Origin: Octopus sinensis | Lineage: Eukaryota | NCBI RefSeq assembly: GCF_006345805.1 | Contig: NC_043006.1 | Span: 23,808,001-23,872,000, forward strand | Direction: 5' to 3' | DNA length: 64,000 bases | In this document: in pieces, positions 24,678 through 36,641 of the stretch | How positions within the stretch are numbered: position 1 is the stretch's first letter | How the letters are laid out: each line of letters opens with the position of its first letter | Program-made: the position numbers and the translations under genes | The notes under the pieces: generated by a model | What the model saw: the letters and a program-made list of their open reading frames with translations, nothing else | Told to the model about the DNA's origin: nothing | Databases searched by the model: none

Positions 24678-26027
24678 TTGTTAACAATACTTAAGAAAGC
24701 CAACATTGAGGCTATGAAAATCATGGAGAAATATAACCTACAAATGAAGACAGAACCACTTGTTCCTAAGCAACTTCGGTTCATTTTGAAGGATCACAAA
24801 CCAAATTTTTTTACTAACCCATCATTAAGGCTCATCTGCCCTTCTAGCTCTGACATCGGTATCCTTAGTAAAAATATACTAGATAAATATATTCCTAATT
24901 TAATCAAAACATTAAAACTTAGTTTATGGACTAATTCATTTGAAGTAGTTGACTGGTTTAGGTCTATTAACAGTAAGGTGAGTACTAAGTTTATCCAGTT
25001 TGATATTTCCAATTTTTATTCGTCTATTAATCCGATAGTACTTAATAAGGCACTTTGGCTTGCTCATAACAAAGCTGGTCTCACCCGAGAAGAAATTAAT
25101 GTTGTGTTGGCAGCCAGAAGAACTATTATTAAATTTGATGATAAGTTGTGGGTCCGTAAAGACACACCAGATAGTTTCGATATACCAATGGGAAGTTCTG
25201 ATTCAGCACAGATAGCTGATTTGGTCTGTATATATATTCTTTTTGAAATGGCTGAAGAGTTCCCTAACATTTATGGAGGTCTATATCATGATGATTGTTT
25301 ACTTTACCTCCAAAATGTTTCCAACCAAAAGGTACAAAGGGTTAAGAATAGTTTAGTTAATTTTTTCAGTAGAATGGGCTTAAAAATCGTTTTTGATGAC
25401 GATCTGACGAAGGCCAACTTTTTAGATATTACGCTTAATTTACACAGTGACTCTTACTTCCCATATCATAAACCGTTGACCAATCTTAAGTACATTAGCA
25501 AATTTAGTAATCATCCTGGAGCAATTTCTAAGAATTTAGTTAAGAATATTTCATTTAGATTATCTAAATTATCTGCTAATGTTGATATTTTCAATAATAA
25601 CGCTGAATTCTATAACTCTGCCTTAATCAAAGCAGGTTATACAGATAAAATTTTCTACATTGATTCTGCTCAGTCTAATTGTAAATTCAATAATGTAGAT
25701 AAGAGAATTATTGATAACAAACATAACTTACGCACCGATACAAAGCGAATGAAGGCAGATAACCCTTATTTAATCCCCTATTATCGATCTATAAGTAAAT
25801 ATAACACCTTCAAAAGTAATTACGCTATGAATACTAGTAAAAATATTTGGTTAATAATTCCTTACGGGAGACAAATTAAATCTAATCTCCCACTGCTGTT
25901 TCGTCAAGCTATTGCTAGGAATTTTCCAAACAATTCTAGATATTACTCTTTAATTAATTCACATAAGGTTAGGATAGGTTTTTCTAACACAAAAAATTAT
26001 ATCCTTGCAAATTATATCCTCTCATAA
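24678..26027 (+). CDS. PLE reverse transcriptase (N-terminally truncated; frame open from 24657)
   Basis: Motifs LKDHKPNF...RLICP, FDISNFYSSI, IPMGSSDSAQIADL, LYHDDCL, NFLDITLNL, YISKFSNHP, KNIWLIIPY. Confidence 0.92.
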   Translation: MLTILKKANIEAMKIMEKYNLQMKTEPLVPKQLRFILKDHKPNFFTNPSLRLICPSSSDIGILSKNILDKYIPNLIKTLKLSLWTNSFEVVDWFRSINSKVSTKFIQFDISNFYSSINPIVLNKALWLAHNKAGLTREEINVVLAARRTIIKFDDKLWVRKDTPDSFDIPMGSSDSAQIADLVCIYILFEMAEEFPNIYGGLYHDDCLLYLQNVSNQKVQRVKNSLVNFFSRMGLKIVFDDDLTKANFLDITLNLHSDSYFPYHKPLTNLKYISKFSNHPGAISKNLVKNISFRLSKLSANVDIFNNNAEFYNSALIKAGYTDKIFYIDSAQSNCKFNNVDKRIIDNKHNLRTDTKRMKADNPYLIPYYRSISKYNTFKSNYAMNTSKNIWLIIPYGRQIKSNLPLLFRQAIARNFPNNSRYYSLINSHKVRIGFSNTKNYILANYILS

Positions 26028-26493
26028 TAACAAACTGTTAAATATTAATACATTTACTAATACTAACATTAATTTAGCTAATACCATCCAACCCTCTAGA
26101 AATATTAATAACAAGGTTATTGTATCTGAAGTCAATTCCAATAGAATTAAATTTATGTCAAGTAACTCTAAGATTAAAAATTCTATATACCAGTGTATAA
26201 TCAGTACTCGTAATAAAGTACGATTTTACATTGGAAGCACATCGTTAGAGTTATCTAAAAGAATTTCTATCCATTACTCAACATTTAGGGATAGAAATAA
26301 ACGGAATAGTACCGGTCTCAGCAAACTGATTTGGGATTTAAAAGACCACAATGAACAATTTCATTTAGAATGGTTGATCCTTTCAATTTCGATACCATAT
26401 GACAAAGGCAAGAAATTCTGTCTTCTCTGCAATTCTGAGCTATTTTTCATTATTTTTTCTAAAAATACTCTAGTAAACACGGTTATAGAATGA
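26005..26493 (+). CDS. PLE GIY-YIG endonuclease, +1 frameshifted from the RT; homology continues past the TGA to 26544
   Basis: IISSHN...SIYQC...FYIGST..LSKRISIH...STGLSKLIWDLK...W.I....PY.....CLLCNSE...LVNTVIE*AYRCKH. Confidence 0.9.
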   Translation: MQIISSHNNKLLNINTFTNTNINLANTIQPSRNINNKVIVSEVNSNRIKFMSSNSKIKNSIYQCIISTRNKVRFYIGSTSLELSKRISIHYSTFRDRNKRNSTGLSKLIWDLKDHNEQFHLEWLILSISIPYDKGKKFCLLCNSELFFIIFSKNTLVNTVIE

Positions 26494-26746
26494 GCATACA
26501 GATGTAAGCATTGGCAGAAACATACATTTAGTGCATATAAGTAGTCTCTATCATTATATATAATTTAAACTTTAATTTCCTTTATATTTAACATTCACTA
26601 TTAATATCCCTACTCTTTCTGTTAGCTACTTATGACGTTATATCATATAACGTTTTTTTAAACAATATTAATAGCGTTCTGTCTATCGCTATACAAATCT
26701 ATCATTTTTTGCTAAAATGTCATATTGACGAGTTTCGTTTTTTTCC

Positions 26747-26830
26747 CTTTCCTGAAGAGAAGATTGCATTGTTTATACCATTTATTCTTTTGAATAGTAT
26801 CAGTGGAATTTTCGAAACATGTGTAGAAAG
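26747..26830 (+). ncRNA. Type I hammerhead ribozyme, intact core, in the PLE 3' end
   Basis: CUUUC CUGAAGA GAAGAUUGCAUUG...CAGUGGAAUUUUC GAAA CAUGUG UA|GAAAG. Stem I is 5 bp, stem II is 13 bp with one mismatch plus a distal hairpin, and the cleavage triplet is GUA. Confidence 0.9.
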
Positions 26831-26870
26831 TAAAAATACTTGTTTAAACCTGCGTTAACTCCATTTTTTA

Positions 26871-26905
<35 letters not shown>

Positions 26906-26959
26906 TCATTTATTTCATCTAGTTTCAGCTCACAAGCTGTGGCCATGCTGGGCACTGCC

Positions 26960-27652
26960 ATTTGGTGTTGGTACATAATTTTACTTCATGAATGCTTTTT
27001 TAGCAATTGACATTTGGTGCATGAGAGAATTTGATGCAGCTGCCTTCATCTGCACCTCCTGCCATGAAGTTGGTTCATCTGGGACACCTGACAGGAAGAG
27101 GTCCACCTTTATTTTGAAGACACCTGCATCCACCCCATGCAGGTCTCTCAGGTCCTTCGGGAGGATATTGAAGAGCAGTGCACCTCTGAAGCCCAAGCTA
27201 TTGCAGTATCTTGTACTACATCTTGATGGCAAATTTGGAGTCCTTGGCACTATGCAATGGCACCCAGTTCTAGTATTTGTGTAACTCTCAATGCCAAAGT
27301 TTGGGACAAGTCCTGCCAGGATCTTCCAGATATTATGGCATATCTTTCTCGCCTACGCTCTAAGAAATAGAGTCTTAATCTCTTGAGTCTTTCCCAATAG
27401 CTTATATGCTGCATAGAGGCTATCTTCTTCGTGTAGCTTTGTTGGATTGCCTCAAGTTCTAAGATTAATTTGACACTGGTTGGTGACCATAGCTGAGAAC
27501 AATAGTCAAAATGGCTTAGGAGAAATGTCCTCCAGAGGACCATCATGGTTTCCTGGTCTCTTGTTCTAAAAGTTCTAAGAATCCATCCGGTCAGCTGCCT
27601 ACATTTCATTGCCAATTTAGCAATATGCACATGAAAGGTTGCATCTTACTCA
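26960..27652 (-). mobile_element. 5'-truncated CR1/L2-type LINE fragment
   Basis: GWILRTFRTRD...DYCSQLWSP...LEAIQQSYTK...YWERLKRLRLYFLERRRERY...RGALLFNILPKDLR...KVDLFLSGVPDEP. Confidence 0.92.
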
Positions 27653-29284
27653 TGTAATATATATATCACCTTGACCGACCAGTCTGTCAGGCGTCCATTT
27701 GACACCACTGCTCACAGCATGCTGTCCACTCTCTGGATCATGCCTTCCTCATCCACGTGATCCCAATCGCTCTCCTCTACTCCCACCCTCTGCCTACCCC
27801 TATACCACAACCCTTAGCCTACACCACACCCCACCTGTGCTTTCCTCAGTCTCGCCTCCCCCACCTGACAACATCACACCACACCACACTACACATCACA
27901 TCACAACACACACCACCCACACACCAGCACTGAATAATTCCCATCCCCACATTTTCACACCTACACATACACACACATCAAGACCACCAGCCCTCTTTCA
28001 CGCGCACCTTTGTTTTGGGATCACCTTTACTTTGTTATCTCCCCTACTTCTTCGCTCTCCTGTATGACCCTTCTGTCCAGCAGTCACCATGATAGATCAG
28101 TAGCCACTACACATTATTTTTTTTCTCTCTTTGTTTCTTTCTGTGTTCCTTTCTGTGGAAGAGCACAGGCTCGAAATATAAGACTTTTTCAATTCCTGAG
28201 CATTATACTAATACATCTGTTTGTTTTCTACACCACCTGTCTTCGTCTTTTGTTTTTTTCGTGAATTCTCCCCCAATCATCATCATCATCATCATCGTTT
28301 AACGTCCGTTTTCCATGCTAGCATGGGTTATATATATATATATATATACACACACACAAATATACATATATATATATACATATATGTATATATACATATA
28401 TATACAGACATACATACATATATACACACACACACACACATACATATATACACACATACATATACATATATATATACATACATATATGTATATATACACA
28501 TATATATATACAATATACACACACACATATATATATACATATATATACACACATATATATATATACATACATATATATATTTATATACACACACACATAT
28601 ATATATATACATACACACACATACCTATACATACACACACATATATCTATACATAGACACACATACCTATATCTATATACATATGTTGATAAGACCAAAA
28701 GGTATATTGATTCATTGATGTTTGCTTGGTTTCTTGATTGTTCTGTATGTATGTACATGTATGTATATATATATATCAGAAATGACCGACAGGTTGGTAA
28801 AGAAAGTCTTGTATATACATATATAATACATACATCTGGACATACTGGGAAAGGTATGAAGTATTTTAGCTTTTGTTTCCAGTTGGTCATATGTATTCTA
28901 AAGCTTGTCAAACATTTGGTCCTATTTATTTATTTATTTATTTATTCCATTCAAAGACTTCTGGTCAGGGCGGTTTTGTTCTGTTATTGTTATGGTTTTC
29001 TAATTCAAACATTCATTATTTTCTTTTTCTTTTTTTTTTTTCGTTTTGTTTTTGTTTGTTTTTTTTCTTTTTGCTGGGTGTAGAAGAGGAAATATTGTTA
29101 TTAATATTGGCGTTATTGTTGTTGTTTTTGTCATTTTCTTTGCTAAATAGGGAAGGGTTGGGAGGAGGGGGTGAGACATGACAGGGGGAGGGGTTAGAAA
29201 GAGCATTCTGGGGAATAAAAGACAAAGCTAAAGGTATTACAGGAAGAGACACAACCCAACCTACACTAAGAAAAATTCATATGC

Positions 29285-29321
<37 letters not shown>

Positions 29322-30993
29322 TGTCTGTCTGTGTGTGCATACATATACACACAGGTATGCTTTAATGATTCTATGATTTTACTTGTTTGTCAGTTGAATG
29401 TGGCCATGCTGGAGCACCACCTATGTGTGTAGATAAATGGATACAAACATTATTTATATAGACCACTGTGACTTTTGGTGACAGAGAGAGAGAGTGTATG
29501 TGTGTGTGTGTGTGTGTACTGAAATGGATGGATGGAGACAGACAGACAGCAAGGTAGACAGACAGCAAGGTAGACAGACAGCAAGGTAGACAGACAGACA
29601 GACAGATAGATAGGTAGGTAAACCAATGGACAGACATATGTATATGAGGTTATATGCACTGTTCCTTTTGCACAAATGAGGAATTTTGGTACATTTCCTT
29701 AAGTATCTCATCTTTGCTGGTGAATTTTTAATGTTTTGTATTTGTGTTAGCTTTGTGGCAAATAAGTAAATAAATAATCTGTATCATCATCTATTTTATG
29801 AAGTGGAAGGAAGAACAGCATCATACTTAAACATTCCATCACAAAAGAGAACAAACATTACCAGAGTTAATAACTATGGGGACAGGTCATTGAGTTGGAC
29901 ACAACTAGATAAAGTTTTATATATACATAAAGACTTCCTTTGGTCATGAATGACCATGGGATTGCAACTAGAAAGTTCCCCTCCAAGAAACAAGTCTGGG
30001 CAAAGTTGGTTATGGAAGACCACACATACCAACCACTCCTCTCTACACCACCCATGTTGTCCAATGGCCAATACAGCTTGGCACCAATGACATTGCAACT
30101 CACTTCTGCAGCTGAGTGAATTGGAGCAATGTGAAATAAAGTGTCTTGCTCAAGACCACAACACAGCCCAGTGTGGGGATCGAACTCTCTACCTCGTGAT
30201 TGTGAGCCCAATACTCTAACCACCAAGCCATCATCATCATCCTCATCATCGTTTAATGTCCATTTTCCATGCTAGCATGGGTTGGACGGTTCGACCAGGG
30301 TCTGGGAAGCCAGGAGGCCACACCAGGCTTCAGTCTGATCTGCCAGTGTTTCTACAGCTGGATGCCCTTCCTAACACCAACCATTCCATGAGTGTAGTGG
30401 GTGCCTTTTACGTGCCACCGGCAGAGGGGCCAGAGAAGGCTGGAACTGGCCACGATCGGTCGGTGATTTTTACGTGCCACCGGCACCAGCCATGTTTGGA
30501 TGGTGCTTTTTACATGCCACTGGCAGGGAAGCCGGAGAGATCATACCAAAGCTGACATAGGACTTTGATGCAGTCATGTGGCTTGTCAGCTCCTGTTGAG
30601 CTGTCCAACTACAATTTCCATTTGATTTTTATTTTGATGCAGGAGACAGCAGTGTGTGTGTGCGTGTGTAGATATATCAATATCATCTGTGAAGGCACAT
30701 GGCTTGGTGGTTAGAGTGTTGCACTCATGACTGTGAGTTCATGGGTTCAATTCCCAGACCGAGCATTGTGTTGCGTTCTTTGCAAAGCACTTCATTTCAC
30801 GTTGATCTGTGATCATTTTGACATCTGACATGTGGCACCCAGTTGCACCTGTACAGTTGATGTCGATCTGATGGGGGGAGTGAGCTTAGGTCTACACAAA
30901 CATTTGACCCCTATAAACAAAAATCATTGGTGTGGCTGTTCAGTATGAAATTGTCGAACCCTCATACGTTGTCTAATGATGGGAGAGTCCATC

Positions 30994-31054
<61 letters not shown>

Positions 31055-33794
31055 CACAACTGCACACATACATACACACAAGCTCTTACACAAAAAACAC
31101 TCACATATACACATGCACAAAATAGATCACTACAAATATAAAAACACACATACACACACATCCAGAACGGGGAAATAATACATTATAATTCTGATGACAT
31201 CACACCCCAACCAAGCAATAAGGGTGTATATGAGTGTGTGTGAGAGAGAGGGGGGAAGGGAAGAGAAAGAGAGAGAGAGAGGAGTGTATGTGTGTGTGAA
31301 GTATTAGCAAAAATTACCTGAAGCCAACTGTAAAACTAATGAACTTAATCAAACGACAAATGAACTTGCCTGTTCTTGAAGGTTCTTGTTAAGCTGAGAG
31401 CGGGTTTTTGAGTCAATAATGAAACAAAAAGCTTGTTTATAAATCTGATGATTTGACATCCCGACAGCAAAATATTAAAACCAACAGACTAAACTAACCA
31501 TAACTAGTAAACCTCCAACCAGCACCATAACCAACAACCACCAATTACCATCAACATCATCTGCGATATCAATACAGCTACTGGCATCGTGAGCCAAATG
31601 AAGGAGTAACTATGTGGTCACTCAACCTGCTAGAAAAAGCAGCCAACACATAAAATCAAGCCCTATTTTGTTTTGAGAGAAAAAGGGAAAGATATTCTTT
31701 TATTCATTTCAGACATTTGACTGCGGCCATGCTGGAGCACTGCCTTTTTAGTCAAACAAATCAACCACAGGACTTATTCTTTGTAATCTTAGTACTTAGT
31801 ATATCGGTCATTTTTGCCGAACCGCTAAGTTATGGAGATGTAAACACACCAACATCAGTTGCCAAGCAGTGATAGGGAGACAAACATATACACACACACA
31901 CACACACACACACGTATGATGAGCTTCTTTCAGTTTCCGCCTACCAAATCCAATCAAGGCTTTGGTTGTCCCGAGGCTATAGTAAAAGACATTTGCCCAA
32001 GGTGCCATGCAGTAAGAGTGAACCTGGAACCATGTAGTTGATAAACAAGCTACTTACCACAGAGCCACTCCTGCACCTATGAAACAAGTTGCCATTAGAT
32101 AGCCACAGGACTTGGAAACAGGTGAGGATTGGCTATGGAAAGGGCACATCTAGTTGTAGAAAAATCCACCTCAACACACTCCATCCAACCCATGCCAGCA
32201 TGGAAAAGTGGATGTTAAAACAGAGGAAGAGGAGGAGGAGGGCAGCCATTTAACCTGCTAGAAACAGCAGCTTAATCTCTTAAACTACACCCTACAGTCT
32301 TATTTTTTAAAGAAAGGGTTACAAAGGAGACATAGTATGAATAATGTCCTCAATAGAATGGTTCTTTGATTATAGCCTCCACCCCAGTGCTCCAGATCAG
32401 AGGCTAAACAAATCCCCACCCACACAACAACCAATTGCACCCAATAACTACCAACATCACCAAGCAATAAAATTAACAGGAGCAAACACAATAAAAGTGT
32501 CAGAACTGTGTACATGTGTGCATGCATATGCATGTATACGTGTATACAGGACAGTTGCAAGTGTGTGTACATGTGTGTGCACACAAGAGGGTGTGATTAT
32601 GTTGCTGCCTAATTAAAGAGACTAAAAAACTTTTTTTTTGTTTGTTTTTAAATTGAATGATTGTGGCTATTAGGTATAGACACGCTTCTTGTGTCACTAA
32701 GGAGCTTGCTTCCCAACTGCATGGTTTCAAGTTCAGTCCCACTGCATAGCACACTTTGTCTTGGGAGTGGATTTGCTGAATGGAAACTTATGTCCCTCAT
32801 TTTCACAATGTATTTCGTCATCTCTACGGGACTAGCCCAAACTTCCGTACCTCACTGACTGACATCACTGACTGTGTCGGTCCACTATTTATTAGTGGCA
32901 CATAAAAAGCACCATCAATGCCACTCCCCCCCCCCCGGTGGTGTGAAGAGGGGAGGCTGGTGGACATGGGAGACTGCTGGTCTTCCATAAACAATCTTAC
33001 CCAGACTTGTACATTAGAGGGGAACTTTCTAGATGCATTCCATTGTCATTCGTACTCCCTTAATATTATTATAACTATGGTTTTATGAGGTTTCACCCAG
33101 AGGAGCCCATGGAATTCTCCCTCTTTGGGGGAATTATTCATTGTTCAAATTTATTATTACTGTTATTTTCCTGTTCACACACTTTCGTATAATTCTACAT
33201 TCTATTGTAATCTCCCCAATCTCATTGTAAGCCCTTAGTACTTAATAAAGAAATCATTATTATTATTATTTGTATTATTATTATTATCATCATCATCATC
33301 ATTATTAATCAACGATGTGGCAGAATCATTAGCACACTGGACGAAACTCTGAGTGGTATTTTGCCCATAGCTACATTCTGAGTTCAAATTGCACCAAGGT
33401 TAACTTTACCTTTCATCCTTTTGTGGTTGATTAAATAAGTACCAGTTACACACTGGGGTCAATGTAATTGACTTGATCGCTTCCCCCAAGTTTGAAGCCC
33501 TGTGCCTCCAGTAGAAAGGATTATTATTACCATTATTAATAATATAAAGGTGGCAAACTGGCAGAATCATTAGCACATTGGGCAAAATGTTTCATATCAT
33601 TTCATTCATCTTTACATTCCAAGTTCAAATTCTGCTGAGGTCAACTTTACTTTTCATCTTTCAGGGTTGATGAAACAAATACCAGTTGAGTACTGGGGTT
33701 GATGTAAGCAACTGTACCCCACCCAAAATTTCAGGCCTTGAAACTATAGTAAAATTATTATTATTATTATTGTTTCTAAAAGCTTGATTCTCAC

Positions 33795-33803
33795 TTGTAA
33801 CTC
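33795..33803 (-). other. Candidate 9-nt microexon GAGTTACAA (ELQ, phase 0-0)
   Basis: Minus strand context tttctgctgttgctgctgttttttcag|GAGTTACAA|gtgagaat, with UGC motifs before the acceptor. Could arise by chance. Confidence 0.25.
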
Positions 33804-34834
33804 CTGAAAAAACAGCAGCAACAGCAGAAACGCTAACCTTCAACTGTTAATCTTCTTTTTTTTTCTACCACCATCCCATCATACAAACTATAAGGAATGA
33901 TGATGATGATGATGCCAGCAATGGGAGTAATGGAGGGGAAGTGGCAATGAATGAAGTAATCACATTTATAACAACAACAACAATCTTAATTCCCAGGGGT
34001 TTTTTTTTTTCATTAGTAGGTCACAACATTAATTAAGAAGATCAGTAACGACAACAAAATTCCAAAGGTCAAAGGTTTTATAAAGATCTTTGTTTTATCT
34101 TGATTCGGTGCAATGCATGATAGTACCACACGCACACACACAGCCTGCTTATTCAGTATATCCAACCACCAAGAAATTAAGTGCTGCTGTTTTTACCCCG
34201 TTTGTTTGCTTGCTTACTTCAACATTCGCACTGGCATCTCATAATCTACCCAAATTAGTTAAGTCCAAGTGTTTTATCTTCTACATTTTTCAGTCATTAA
34301 GCTGTGGCCATGATAGAGCACCATCTTGAAGAATTTTTTAGTCAAATAAATTGGCCCCAGAACATTTTTTTTTAAAGCCTCATACTTATTTTGCCAGTAT
34401 CTTTTCTCAAACCACTAAGTTATGGGGGTGTAAACATACCAACATTGGATGTCAAGTGGTGATGGAAGACAAACAGACACACATACATATATAGATGCAT
34501 ATGTACAATGGGCTTCTCTTTCCATCTACCAAATCCATTCACAAGGACTTGGTTAGCCCAGGGCTATAAAGACACTTGCCCAAGGTGCCATGAAGTGGGA
34601 CTGAACAAGAAATCACATGGTTGGTAAGCAAATCTCTTAACTACACAGCTATACTGTGAAGTCCATTAAATGTTCACCCAGTTCTCTTCAACACCACGCC
34701 ATTTACACTAATGAAGAGACAAATTATATAAGAGAAATAAAACCAGTTGGACAGAAACCAAACAGTAATAAAACTGCATCCACTCATCACATATAAATAC
34801 ATGGCAACATAAGTTAGAAAATGGTAGTTATAAC

Positions 34835-35250
34835 CAGGGCTGAGGAGTCAGAGTCGTGGAGTTGGATAGTCGCCAAGTCAGAGGGCCGCCAAGTCAGAGG
34901 GTCACTGGGTCGGAGGGTTGCCAGGTCGGAGGGTCGCCAGGTTGGAGAGTTGCTGGGTCAGAGAGTAGCCGGGTCAGAGAGTGGGCGAGTTGCCAAGTTG
35001 GGGAGTTAGAAAGTCACCAAGCCGGAGAGTTGCGGAGTCATGGAGTTGGTAAAACTATACCGACTCTGACTCACAATATATTCTTTAATATAAACCAGTT
35101 ATAACATATAGGCCTACTCAAAGTACAAGCATATACATATGCTTTATGAGATATGTCGACCACAATCACTTAATTACATAAAGAGGAGGCAGAGTCGCCA
35201 ATAGTAGAGGAATCAGAGTCAAAGTTTTTTGTTTTGACTCTACAGCCCTG
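34835..35250. mobile_element. hAT-type MITE (416 bp) with perfect 8-bp TSD
   Basis: GTTATAAC|CAGGGCTG...CAGCCCTG|GTTATAAC, with internal ~16-bp ggtcggagagtcgcca-like subterminal repeats. Confidence 0.88.
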
Positions 35251-35597
35251 GTTATAACAGTGGTTGTTATAGTAGTTAAATTATAGTAGTACAAAATACA
35301 TGTGGACATTAAACACATGGGAAGGTACATGCCTGTTGGTTAGGGCATTCACGATCTTAAGATCATAGTTTCACTTCCTGACCAAGGAAATGATGTTCTA
35401 TCCTTGAGCAAAATACTTCATTTCATATAGTTCCAGTTCAGTCAGTAGTAAATGAATGACCCTTTGATACATGGGGGTTATGTTCAGAGGAAATGTCGTG
35501 ATCTCCATCACTTAAACACATGGAAATTGGGTGACCAGTCACATGAGTTCTGAGACACAAGACAGCAATAGCTTACTTTTTATCAAGCACATATGGA

Positions 35598-35926
35598 GTT
35601 ATTTATATTATGTATACATCAGTCAAACTGGTGTCCTCATCCTGATTGCTGATTTCACTACATTTCAGCAGTTGTATTCTCCAGCCTTCTTCAGGTGTTT
35701 TGTGGTGAACTTGGTTGTTGTATCCGATCTCCATTTAAATGCTGAACTTTGTGGCATCAGTAAATTACATGTCCTTCATAAATATTTTCAGGTTTAGATA
35801 CAACGACCAAGTTCAACACAAGACACTTGAAGATGGCTGGAGAATACATCATCAGTTGAAGAGTAGTGAAATATCAACAATCAAGATGAGAACACCAGTT
35901 CCACTGATATAAGTAGTATAGATAAC
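35598..35926. repeat. Old inverted repeat (~125-bp arms) of a PLE end, each arm with a decayed HHR
   Basis: Arm 1 (minus) CAC CUGAAGA AGGCUGG..CUGCU GAAAUGUA GUG; arm 2 (plus) CAC UUGAAGA UGGCUGG..CAGUU GAAGAGUA GUG. Confidence 0.75.
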
Positions 35927-36641
35927 ATATAAAGTTATAATAAATCAGTAGTAGAACAGAATACATACAGGTAATGAGTGCTTACATAAACACATAGTTG
36001 GTGTTAAGGAGGGCATCAAGCCATAGAAACCAAGTCAAACATGAAACATACAAGTGGTATGTGGTTCAACACCCCATTTAGATAAACGGTACCCTGAACC
36101 CCAGTCACCCCCTACCCTTGATAAAATAAAGTATCAGTCAACTGGAAGTGGTTTGCCAATGTATTCAAGACAGGCAGACAGAAATAACACCTTATGGACA
36201 GTCAGACAGACAGGGGCAGATGCATAGAAAAATTATTAGAAAAATAGAAAAATTTATAGTAACTACACACACACACATACATACACAGAGGTGGGAAGGC
36301 AAATGAAGAGATAGATGAATAGAGATGAATTGACAGGGAGTGTTAGAATATCTGTTGTATTCGTTGTTGCAACACCTGACTGCAATTGTGACAGCAAAAT
36401 TACCAAAGGTATTGATAAATCCTGACAGGCAATCAGTTTTAGCCTAGTTATTGAAACCAACATGTTAATTATGCAGTTGTATTTGTTGTCAATACTTTGA
36501 TGTTTTATATATATGTGTGCGTGTGTATGTATATTTCGTTGTTAATCAGTAGAAGCTACAGAGTGCATCAACATGAAACTGTTAGCCCAAGACAATCTGT
36601 AGCTTTTGCAGATTAATAATAAAAAAATATGTATACACACA

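Larger units (their letters stand above)
24657..26873 (+). mobile_element. Penelope-like retroelement, 5'-truncated, C-terminal GIY-YIG, flanked by (TA)n
   Basis: RT and GIY-YIG ORFs, an AT-rich 3' region with an HHR, and termination in (TA)n at ~26874. Confidence 0.93.

Noticed and set aside
26625-26665. ATGA-initiated hairpin as a SECIS element for the GIY-YIG TGA
   Set aside because: The stem is only 7 bp, with no apical AA and no 3' GA for the kink-turn quartet.
31318-31327. 10-nt minus-strand segment between tttacag and gtaatt as a microexon
   Set aside because: It is frame-shifting and has no UGC enhancer; expected by chance.
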